This document shows positions 30,688 to 39,400 of a DNA stretch of 64,000 nucleotides, piece by piece; position 1 is the stretch's first letter, and each line of letters opens with the position of its first letter. The notes below the pieces were generated by a model. The model saw only the letters and a list, made by a program, of their open reading frames with translations, had not been told where the DNA came from and did no database searches. The DNA lies in IMG/VR virus record IMGVR_UViG_3300032244_000223, positions 43,197-107,196 of that record; one strand, 5' to 3'. This DNA is from a virus. Lineage: Duplodnaviria > Caudoviricetes. Made by a program: the position numbers and the translations under genes.

Positions 30688-31966
30688 AGTTCTTCCCCTT
30701 GCTCGCTGCTCGGGCCTGCGGGGTCCAGACGGACGAGTCGATTTCGCCCACGTGACCACGGGTCCAGTCCCACTCCACGTACACGTCCTTGCGGGGACCG
30801 GAGCGGGACTCCATCACGTGGAACTTGCTGATGTTGCTGTCGGCCTGCCGCTCCACGCCGAGGATCACGTCGGCGTCCTGGCCGAAGGCCGAGGTGTAGC
30901 CGATGGAGGCGAGGGTCAGACCACCCCTGGCACGGGACACCAGCGACTGCGTGGACACCACGATGGGCAGTTGCGCCGCCTGGGCCAACTGCTTGAAGGA
31001 CCGGCTGATGTCGGTGAGCACCTGGGCACTGCCCTTGGGGAAGTCACGGGGGTTCAGGCGGTCGCTCTCCATCATGTAGATGCCGTCCACGAACACCACG
31101 TCGGGCTGGATGTCAGCGATCTTGGCCTGCACCGCCGACACCGTGGTGGTGGAGGTGGAGTCAGCGGAGAGGATGAACGGCTGCAAGCCCTTGAGGGCCT
31201 TGAACGCACGCCGGATGCGGCCCCACTCGTGCAGCGAGGTGGTGCCGTTGAGGATGCTGGTCAGGCTGACGCCGCTGATGAGGGAGGTCAGGCGGTCCTG
31301 CTGTTCCTGGTTGCTCATCTCGAAACCGATGAACAGGGGAATCTTCCCTGCCAGGAACACCTTGAGGGCCATGTACAGCAGGAACGAGGACTTGCCCGAC
31401 TTCGGCACGCCGGTGATCACGATGAACTGCTCGGGCTGTAACCCACCTGTGACGAAGTCGATACCGTCGAATCCGGTGGTGATGCCTCGGAGCATGCCGG
31501 GGTTCTCACGCCGCTCACCCAGCCGGTAGAGGATGTCGGCGTACCCCGACACGATGTCGATGTCCTTGCTGGACCCCGTCTCGGTCGTGGCCTGCACCAG
31601 GGCAGAGTGGAGCACCCTGCGGATGATCTCGTTCTTGTCAGGCTCGTCGTCGTCCAGCATGGCGTTGCTGGCCTGCTGGACGGCCTCCACGAAGATGGAG
31701 TACTCCCGCCGCTCACGCAGGGCATCGACGTAGTACTGCGTGGGCTGAGGGTCGTTTTCCAGCCACGTGTACGTCGGGTAGGCGCGCTGCACCTCATCGG
31801 CGGTGGCAGGGGTGGAGTACTTCTTCCAGTGGTTCTGCAACCACAGGTAGACCTTGCGCCACTTCTCGTCGGGGAAGAAGTCGACGGTGATGCGGGCGTC
31901 GATGAACGTGCGGAGGTCACCCTCCACGATCATCTTGCTGAGGGCACCGTGCTGGATGTCAGCCAC
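30674..31966 (-). CDS. dnaB: DnaB-like replicative helicase
   Basis: TGF..ID...GGLQP, GVPKSGKS, FEMS, VFVDG, QDADVILG. Confidence 0.92.
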   Translation of the reverse strand: MADIQHGALSKMIVEGDLRTFIDARITVDFFPDEKWRKVYLWLQNHWKKYSTPATADEVQRAYPTYTWLENDPQPTQYYVDALRERREYSIFVEAVQQASNAMLDDDEPDKNEIIRRVLHSALVQATTETGSSKDIDIVSGYADILYRLGERRENPGMLRGITTGFDGIDFVTGGLQPEQFIVITGVPKSGKSSFLLYMALKVFLAGKIPLFIGFEMSNQEQQDRLTSLISGVSLTSILNGTTSLHEWGRIRRAFKALKGLQPFILSADSTSTTTVSAVQAKIADIQPDVVFVDGIYMMESDRLNPRDFPKGSAQVLTDISRSFKQLAQAAQLPIVVSTQSLVSRARGGLTLASIGYTSAFGQDADVILGVERQADSNISKFHVMESRSGPRKDVYVEWDWTRGHVGEIDSSVWTPQARAASKGKNFGNP

Positions 31967-32394
31967 TAGAACGGCCCGCCTTTCACCACTGCGAACCCAC
32001 GCTGGCCGTACTGGTTGAGGCGTTCCATGTCGCTGTCGTAGACCTGCACAATCTCGGGCCGGAAGGAGAGTGCCCAGCACCATTCCTTGAAGTCGGCAGC
32101 GTAGACCTCGTTGAAGTCGTCAATGCCGTACTTGGCGAAGAAGGTGCTGGCACGCTCGGCGGCGTCGTCACCCATGAAGGTCACCACGTCCACGGCGGTG
32201 TCGGGGAACCTGCGCTTGATGCTGACGAGGTTCTTGAGCGGCAGGTCCAGCCACGACCAGTTGATGCCGGTGACCTTCTCCCGACCAAACCGCCCTTTCG
32301 ACGTGACCTCTTCCACGTCAACGAGCACACCCTCCAGCACGGCGACCATGCGGGGTACGGCCCAGCCGGAAAGGTCACCCCTCTCCACGGACAC
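31966..32394 (-). CDS. degenerate HAD-like protein
   Basis: VAVLEGVLV...VVTF...VYDSD. Confidence 0.5.
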   Translation of the reverse strand: MSVERGDLSGWAVPRMVAVLEGVLVDVEEVTSKGRFGREKVTGINWSWLDLPLKNLVSIKRRFPDTAVDVVTFMGDDAAERASTFFAKYGIDDFNEVYAADFKEWCWALSFRPEIVQVYDSDMERLNQYGQRGFAVVKGGPF

Positions 32395-32932
32395 CGAACT
32401 GGTGAACAGCGCACTGGGCGTTGAAGCCGGTAGCCCAGTCGGGGCCGAAGGCTTCGGGGGCGGTGGTCCCGGCGATGATCGTGACCATGTCGGACTTCAC
32501 ACGGTTGTCCAAGGGGAGCAGCAGGTGCTTCTTCCAGAACTCCACGTTGGGCATGATCAACTGGTCGATGAACAGGATGTCGGTGTTCGTCAACAGGATG
32601 TCCCAGCGTTCGTTGAGCAGGCGGTCCTCTTCCCACAGGCCGAGGTCGTTGCCGTTGGCCCGCAAGATGTTCTCCGACTTCCAGATTTCCCGCTGCAACT
32701 GCTCCAAGGCGTCGGCCTTGACGGTCTGGCCGTTGCCGTAGGCCATCAACTCATCGAACTCGCCGTTGGCGGTGGCGATGTCGATGGTGCGGGCGGCGTG
32801 GAGGCCCAGGGTGCTGGTACCGGACTGGCGAGGGCCGAAGAGCCACAGGCAGCGATGCCCGCCCTTCTTGAGGCCGGTCACGAAGTCGTCCACGATCCGC
32901 TGTCGGGGTGCGCTGAACTCAACCACAATCAC
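32375..32932 (-). CDS. DnaC/IstB-like AAA+ helicase loader (Walker A degenerate)
   Basis: LWLFGPRQSGTS, ILFIDQL, LDNR...TIIA; lies between initiator and DnaB. Confidence 0.6.
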   Translation of the reverse strand: MIVVEFSAPRQRIVDDFVTGLKKGGHRCLWLFGPRQSGTSTLGLHAARTIDIATANGEFDELMAYGNGQTVKADALEQLQREIWKSENILRANGNDLGLWEEDRLLNERWDILLTNTDILFIDQLIMPNVEFWKKHLLLPLDNRVKSDMVTIIAGTTAPEAFGPDWATGFNAQCAVHQFGVRGEG

Positions 32933-32957
32933 TCTCCACGATCACTCTCCCCTGGGT

Positions 32958-33034
32958 CCCGTCCACGGGACCTCCCCCACGGGGCCGAGAGGCAGGCCCG
33001 TAGCCCCGTGGGGAGGAGGTGTCCAGTGGACGGG
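32958..33034. other. long intergenic hairpin
   Basis: CCCCACGGGGC/GCCCCGTGGGG 11-bp stem extended by CCCGTCCAC/GTGGACGGG. Confidence 0.6.
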
Positions 33035-33064
33035 GTGGACGATACGTCGACCGGCGAGTGGATG

Positions 33065-33874
33065 TCAATACACGATTTCCCGTTCGGGCAACACGACCGT
33101 CTCGTTGTCCAGTTTGGCGATGTTGGCCACGAAGGTCTGCCAGATGCTGTAACCCTTCTTTGGGGTGATCTGGTCGGTGTCGACCATCTGCATGAACGAG
33201 TCGACCAGGGCCACCACCTGTGATACCGGGCGAGGGGGGAGGGACTTGTGACGGAAGTAGTTGCTGTTGACCCACGTGTACGCCGCCGCACGGAGGGGCA
33301 CGACCGGGAAGGACCAGTACTCCTTATGGCGGTTCACCACCTGGCTCCAGCGAAGTTCGAAGTGGTCGACCACCACCCTGGAGGGGGCGGGTCCGCTCTT
33401 CTCTTCCTTCTCGGTGCCATCACTGCCGAAGTGAGACATCTCCGGCGCAGCCGGAAGTGTTTTCTTGGGTTCACTCTTGGGTTCTATTGGGTTAGTGACA
33501 ACGTGGTTGTCACCCCCTGACAACGTGGTTGTCAGGTACCTGTCGGCGTGGTTGTCAGGTTGTGGATAACTACCTGACAACGTGGTTGTCACCCCCACCC
33601 AGCGGTACTTCGTGGTTCCACCGGGGCGTTCCTCCAACTGTGACAACACCCCAGCGTCGCACAAGTGCTTCAACACCTGCCCCACGCACTGTCGGGACAG
33701 TCCCACTTTCGCCGCCAACTTGGTGACCGAACCGTAGAACTCGTTGTCGTGGGCGTCGTTCACCACGTCGGCCACGGCAAGGGCCACCAGTCGGATGGTG
33801 GCGGGGCGCAGGCCCAACTCGTTGGCCATGGGGAGATTCGGTCCCCAGCACTCCGACATCGCCTGGACACTCAT
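33065..33874 (-). CDS. replication initiator with N-terminal winged HTH
   Basis: LVALAVAD.......Y.SVTKLAAKVGLSRQ.V...LKHL.DAGVL...Y; internal iterons. Confidence 0.75.
   Translation of the reverse strand: MSVQAMSECWGPNLPMANELGLRPATIRLVALAVADVVNDAHDNEFYGSVTKLAAKVGLSRQCVGQVLKHLCDAGVLSQLEERPGGTTKYRWVGVTTTLSGSYPQPDNHADRYLTTTLSGGDNHVVTNPIEPKSEPKKTLPAAPEMSHFGSDGTEKEEKSGPAPSRVVVDHFELRWSQVVNRHKEYWSFPVVPLRAAAYTWVNSNYFRHKSLPPRPVSQVVALVDSFMQMVDTDQITPKKGYSIWQTFVANIAKLDNETVVLPEREIVY
33463..33594. repeat. putative replication origin: palindromic iterons, DnaA box and three TTGGGTT repeats
   Basis: TGACAACGTGGTTGTCA at 33496, 33518 and 33575 plus a degenerate copy near 33541; TGTGGATAA at 33561-33569. Confidence 0.75.
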
Positions 33875-33950
33875 GCGACCACGCCTTGAACGGGATGGGA
33901 CGAGATGGTACGGTTTGCCACTGAAACCTTCCTTTCACGGGGAAACTATG

Positions 33951-33980
33951 AAGAGCCGGGGGGTGACCACCCCGGCTCTT
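33951..33980. terminator. intrinsic terminator-like hairpin
   Basis: AAGAGCCGGGG-ggtgacca-CCCCGGCTCTT in the intergenic gap; weak U tail. Confidence 0.6.
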
Positions 33981-34016
33981 CGCTTTCTATCACTCGCTGT
34001 GGTGGCTACGCCAGTG

Positions 34017-34454
34017 TCAGTCGACCCAGTCCAGCATGAAGTCATGCGCCCAGTGCTGGGTGTAGTCGCAGTCCAGGCATACCCAGCCATCGGTCGTGGG
34101 CTTGAGGCCCCCGATGTCGCCGTACTGCCAGCCGTGCAGCACGTCGCTGCGGTTCGGGCAGGTGAACGAGTGGACGTAGTCCGACTCCTGCCAGGCCACC
34201 AGGCTCTGCACCTGCGCCTCGGTCCAGGGTGCGGACTCTTGGCTCATTTCGGGCTTTCTCCATGGTTGCGGTTTGAGTGGGTGGGATGCGATGTGGTGGG
34301 CGTACGAATCCGAACGCTCCTGGGGGTACTTCGGCTCGGGGAACGTGCACCGATGAAGGGCGTGCTCGTAGTCCAGGCAGCGCAGCATCTCCAGCCCATG
34401 GGGGCGAAGGTTCTTGCAGCGGCCAGGGAAAGGGTCGTCCATGTGGATGATCAT
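34017..34454 (-). CDS. hypothetical Cys/His-rich protein
   Basis: HSFTC...GWVCLDCDYTQHWAH; ATGA coupling. Confidence 0.6.
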   Translation of the reverse strand: MIIHMDDPFPGRCKNLRPHGLEMLRCLDYEHALHRCTFPEPKYPQERSDSYAHHIASHPLKPQPWRKPEMSQESAPWTEAQVQSLVAWQESDYVHSFTCPNRSDVLHGWQYGDIGGLKPTTDGWVCLDCDYTQHWAHDFMLDWVD

Positions 34455-34699
34455 GGTGTGCACTTCCTGCATCGACAAGTGTGGTTGCGGTAGCCCCTGA
34501 CGGAGACGACCTTCCCGCACGGGGCGGTGGTGTGGTAGGCGTGCTTGTGGGTCCAGGGCATGCCTGGGTAACCGGTGCAACCGCAGTCAGGGCAGCGAAC
34601 CTTGCCGGAACTCCCCGGCGTGTTCGGCCACTTGCATGACGCCTGCTCCATCTCCTTCGGAGTGGGCGGCGGGAAGGGGAGGCGAGCCATCGGGGTCAT
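34451..34699 (-). CDS. small zinc-finger protein
   Basis: CPDC, PCG, H.C.C.KC. Confidence 0.6.
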   Translation of the reverse strand: MTPMARLPFPPPTPKEMEQASCKWPNTPGSSGKVRCPDCGCTGYPGMPWTHKHAYHTTAPCGKVVSVRGYRNHTCRCRKCTP

Positions 34700-35058
34700 T
34701 TCTCCTTGTCGACCTGCTCCTTGATGGCCTTCTTCAACTCCCGCAGTTCGGACTCGGCACGCTTGATGCTGCTGACGACGTGATCACGGAGGTAACCAGG
34801 GTTAGCGACCATCCGCATCGTCTCGCCGTTCCACCGGCTCAGTTCGGTGATGCCGTTGCCGTGGGTGAAGTACAGCCGGGGCACGTCGGCGTGGGCGGTC
34901 TTCATGACGTAGATCGGGTTGGCGTGGTTGCCAACCCGCACGTCGCCTTCCTTGCTGCTGGCGATCTTGTTCCAGATGCCTTCGATGGCCTGCTCGGGGT
35001 ACTTGACCAGTTCGTGCAGGCCATCGTTGAGGATGAGGATGGTGGTGTTGTACCCCAC
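34696..35058 (-). CDS. hypothetical phage protein
   Basis: MGYNTTILILNDGL...TAHAD; GGAG SD. Confidence 0.75.
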   Translation of the reverse strand: MGYNTTILILNDGLHELVKYPEQAIEGIWNKIASSKEGDVRVGNHANPIYVMKTAHADVPRLYFTHGNGITELSRWNGETMRMVANPGYLRDHVVSSIKRAESELRELKKAIKEQVDKEK

Positions 35059-35097
35059 GTCAGGACTCCGGTTGGGGGCGGTACTGGTCGTCGTACG

Positions 35098-36135
35098 TCA
35101 CGATGCCACCTCCCGCAGCCAGCCGTCGATCTTGGCCACGGGGGCGTAGATCGTCTGCATACCGGACTTACGGTGGATGACCACCAGGGCGTGCTCTTCG
35201 TCGTGCTCCACGACGGTCGGGACCCACGGGGCGTCCACGATGGGGGCGATGCTGGCGTCGTACACCTCGGCGTGGGTGACCGTCTCGGTCCCGAAGTCGG
35301 GCAGCGTGGCACCCATCGGGGGGATTCCCTGCGTCGTGTACGGGGTGTCGACCTCCAGGGCGTCGTCCTCGTCGCTGATCGGCGTGCCGGTGATGCCCTT
35401 GTCCACGACTTCGGCACCGATGATCGCATCGACCCGCTCGTTGGCCTCGGTGTGCTGCAAGATCATGATGATGGCGTCGGACTTGGTACCGGGGTAGGTC
35501 AGGCCCATCCCCTTGCACAGTTCCTTCAACTCGGCAGCCGTCAGGCCCGACAGGTACTCCTTGTCCAGCGGAGGCAGTTCCTCGGGGTCGGGGACCTCTT
35601 CGCCCTCCATCTCTTCGGGGGTGGGGAGCGGGGTCGGCTTCAACTCCACCGTGCCTTCGGGCATCGGGGTGACCTCTTCGGTGATGACCTCCACCGGTTC
35701 CATGGAGTCGTTGAGGCCGTACACCTTGAAGCCCTCGTTGATGGCGTCCGTGATGGTGGCGATGAGCAGGGAGTCAGCCGGGTCGTCCTCGGCCACGTTG
35801 ACGAACAGGGCCAGGAGAGCGGAATCCTCTTCGCCCAGGACCATCTCCATCATGCCCACGGCCCCGTTCTGGATGCTGTCCACGTCGATGTACTCGGCCA
35901 CATCGGTGTACTCGTCGCTCACCTTGACGTTCGGTTCGACCAGCACACCGTAGTGGATGCCGAACTTGTTGAAGAAGGCGACCAAGGCGCGGTCGGTGTC
36001 GTTGGGGGCAGACTTGCCCTCCACGACGAACCAGAAGTCCGTGTTGGCCTCTTCGGCCTTCTTCCACAGGTCGTCCAGTTGGTGGGTCACTTCCTTGGCG
36101 GGCATCTCGCCGTCGCCAACGATCACGTACAGCAC
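35098..36135 (-). CDS. acidic protein with internal SAP-like DNA-binding motif
   Basis: LSGLTAAELKELCKGMGLTYPGTKSDAIIMIL. Confidence 0.7.
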   Translation of the reverse strand: MLYVIVGDGEMPAKEVTHQLDDLWKKAEEANTDFWFVVEGKSAPNDTDRALVAFFNKFGIHYGVLVEPNVKVSDEYTDVAEYIDVDSIQNGAVGMMEMVLGEEDSALLALFVNVAEDDPADSLLIATITDAINEGFKVYGLNDSMEPVEVITEEVTPMPEGTVELKPTPLPTPEEMEGEEVPDPEELPPLDKEYLSGLTAAELKELCKGMGLTYPGTKSDAIIMILQHTEANERVDAIIGAEVVDKGITGTPISDEDDALEVDTPYTTQGIPPMGATLPDFGTETVTHAEVYDASIAPIVDAPWVPTVVEHDEEHALVVIHRKSGMQTIYAPVAKIDGWLREVAS

Positions 36136-36159
36136 GATTCGTTCTCCAGTGTTGTGTTA

Positions 36160-36417
36160 CTACCTCCGCTGACTGCGAAGAAGGTCGACTGTAGCACGAT
36201 CCCGAGTTACTAGCAACAACGCTTCCGTTCCTTTGATCAGCGTTGTGATACCGGCAATCATGGGGATGCGCCACCACTCTTCGGCACCGACCACCCACCA
36301 GGCACCGGCACTCAGAAGAATCTGACACAGGGTCCACGCCCACCCCGGCAAAGCCAGGTATGAGTTCAGCAGGGAGTAGATGAAGAAGACACCGAAACTG
36401 GCGAGTACGTAGTCCAT
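36160..36417 (-). CDS. small multi-TM membrane protein
   Basis: ATG at 36417; about three hydrophobic segments and a basic C-terminus. Confidence 0.7.
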   Translation of the reverse strand: MDYVLASFGVFFIYSLLNSYLALPGWAWTLCQILLSAGAWWVVGAEEWWRIPMIAGITTLIKGTEALLLVTRDRATVDLLRSQRR

Positions 36418-36439
36418 GTCAAAGGGACTGTAACCGTTG

Positions 36440-39400
36440 TCAGCCCAGGGTGTTGATTTCGATGAGGCCCGAGAAGCCGTTTTCGGCCAGCGAGGCGTAG
36501 GCGGCGTACACCGGGCTGCTGCTGTCGTAGTGCAGCAGGCCCTCGTAGGTGCCGTCCAGCAGGCCGTCCCGCCAGGCGGTGGGCAGAGTCCAGTACGACG
36601 AGGCACTGAATCCCAGCGACAAACCGGTGCTGGTCTGCGACCCGAACAGGGCGGGCGAAGCCACGCCAGTGGCGTCCGCTGGGCGACTGACCGTCTTGTG
36701 CAGGGCCATGACTGCCGTGTGAGCCGCCGACGAGCCGGTGTCACCCGCACGGATGAGCAACTGCCGCATGCTCGTGCAGGTGCGTCGACCGCTGTTGTAG
36801 TACGCCGAGATGCCGTTGCTGTAGAAGTAGAACCCGCGGTAGTTCCAGTTGGGGTCCGAGAAGTAGCCCTGGTAGGCGCGGCTGTTGCCAGCGGCGTTCC
36901 ACTGGCCACCGCTGGTATTGCGCCACGACGAGATGCCGGTGGCGGCGACGAACACTTGGGCGGCAATGAGCGTGTAGGTCGACAGGGTGCCACTGGTTCG
37001 GCTGTTGCCGAGAGTCCCGCCCCCGGTGTTGCCGTTGGCGTTGTCGTACACGATGGTGCGGACGTAGACCGTCTGGCCCGAGGTGTAGGCCGTGCCCCCG
37101 TTGATGGCACGGGAGCCTGCCGTTCCCTCCAGGCCGATGGCGTTGATGGCTGCGCCGTCTTGCACCCAGGTGGTCCCATTGGTGGAACGCTGGATGACCA
37201 TGGTGGTGAGGTCGGTGTCAGCGGGGTACGTCCACCGGAACACCATGCGCCCGTAACTCGTTTCCGGCTGGAAGGAGACGAGCGTGGGGTTCTGGGGGGC
37301 CGTCACGTCGGGGTTGGCCCCGGTCGTGATGCTGGCGTTCTGCGACGTGGTCAACCCGCCTGAATCGACGGTGGTCACCGTCACCGTGTAGGAGGTGCTG
37401 TAGGCCAGGCCGGTGAACGAGGTGGAGCGGGTGCCCGAGGCCAGGCCCGTCTGAGTGGTCTGGCCGGTGCAGGCCACATCCCAACTGGCGATGTCCGTCT
37501 CCGTCGTGGTCCACGACACGTTGATGGTCGTCAGGCTGGCCACCGACAGCGACGGGCCGGTGAACGTCGGGTTGGCGTTGGAAGCGGTGAAGGTGACGAC
37601 CTTCCAGGCAGACAGGACCCCGTTGGCGTTGTGGGTCCGCACGCCGTAGGAGTACGAGATGTTCTCGTCCAGGCCGCTGACGTTGATGAACGAGTCGGTC
37701 CCGGTGGCGTACCCCACTGCCGTAGTGGAAAGCGGAGTGTAATCACCGTTCGCATCGGGGCCAGTCCAGGTACCGACCTGGACCTCGTAGCGAGCACCCG
37801 ATGCAGCCGGGAAGGTAACCACTGCATCGGTCCAGTCGATGGTGGCAGTGGTAGAGGTAACACTGGTGGCAATGAGGCCGGAGACTGCGCTGGTGATGTC
37901 GCACGAGGCGTCGAGGCCCCCGCCGGTACCGAGGCCGGTTGTAACCGTGGTAAGGGACTCCGACACTTCCACGTTGTAAGCGACGCCGGTGGCACTCGCC
38001 GCTCCCACCGTTTCTTCGACCGTCTCGTCCACCAGATCGCTGGCGGAACCGACAGCGGCGGCGGCTTCGGCCAAAGCACCCATCGACACGGTGGGGTTGG
38101 GGGCCGCACCGGAGGCGGCAGCAGCGTTGGCGGTGGTATCGACCGTGGTCGTACTGGTGGTCGCAGCACTGGAGGCAGTAGCGGCATCGGCGGGAACGAA
38201 CTTCTCCAACAGGGCCGAGGCATCAGAGGCCGTACCGGTGGCGGCGGCGTCAGTGGCGGTGGTGGAGGCGTTCGTAGCAGCATTGGAGCCTGCGCCGGTA
38301 GCGGCAGCGGCGTTTGCTTCGATGCGGTAGGTGAAGTCCAGCGTGCCGTTCTGGCCTGCGCCAGTGGCGGCAGCAGTCTCGGGCGCACGGGTCGTGGCGT
38401 TGGTACCGGGCGAGAACACCTCGCTGGAGGCGGTAGCAGCACTGGCAGCAGCGGAGACGGTCACGACGGCGTTCGACGCCGTGCCTGTGGCAGCGGCAGC
38501 CAACACCCTGGGTGATACGTCAACGGTGGCATCCTCAGCCACGCCGGTTGATTCGTCGTAGCCAGCGGTGGCCGACGACACCAGCGTGAAAGTCACGAAC
38601 GCTTGCGGCGACGTGCCGGTACCCCGCTCCAGGTACAGGTAGTTCGTGGAGAAGGCAGGGATGCCGCCCCAGTCGATGGTGATTTCCTGCGCCTTGGAGA
38701 GGTCGTACAGTTCCGCCTTGAGGGCGTCGATCTCGTACTGACGAAGGCCGGGGGCCTCCCAGGGGCGCGGTTCGATGGTGAGCGGCTGCACCGTCCCGGT
38801 GCTCTCGGTGTACACGAAGCCTCGGGTCACCGGGGACCCGCCTTCACCGATCACCGACAGCACGGCTGAGGTGGTGCTGGCCTCGGACACCGAGAAAATC
38901 TCGAAGGGCAGGAAGTCCTCGGGGAGGATGTCCAGAGACAGCGGAGCGGGGTGCCGGTCCTGCGGGAGCAACTGGGTGTCGTTCGGCTTGAGAACGTCCC
39001 AGTGCGGAACGATGGCCGTGCCAGAGGGGACCCAGTTCGAAAGCAGGCTATCCAACTGCTCGTCACGGTTCGTGTAGAGCGAGTCGTCGTCCACGAACCT
39101 GCCGAACAGGCGACCGGCGATGGCATTGCGGTTGTTGTACCAGAGGCTGTACGACTTGCCCACCTGGGAGGCACCGCCGTACCAGGAGTAGTCACCGGTT
39201 GCAGCGAAGTGCGTGTCGCCGTCGAAGTAGGTCCAGTCCAGCAGTTCGCCCTCTTCGATGAGGCACTGGTCGATGGCCACCGAGGGGGGCACGTAGGTGC
39301 CGGTGTCGTCGGGGTCAGCCAGGTACCCACGGACTTCGATCAGCAGAGCGGCCTCGTAGCACTGATCCTCCGTGAACCGGAGGCCACGGATGTTGGTGAA

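Noticed and set aside
21135-31966. Inteins or introns in RecA, PolA, helicases or primase
   Set aside because: Protein lengths are normal and no intein terminal motifs or ORF breaks were seen
33495-33594. Palindromic repeats as a mini-CRISPR array
   Set aside because: Spacers are too short and irregular, and the repeats lie inside an initiator gene; iterons fit better
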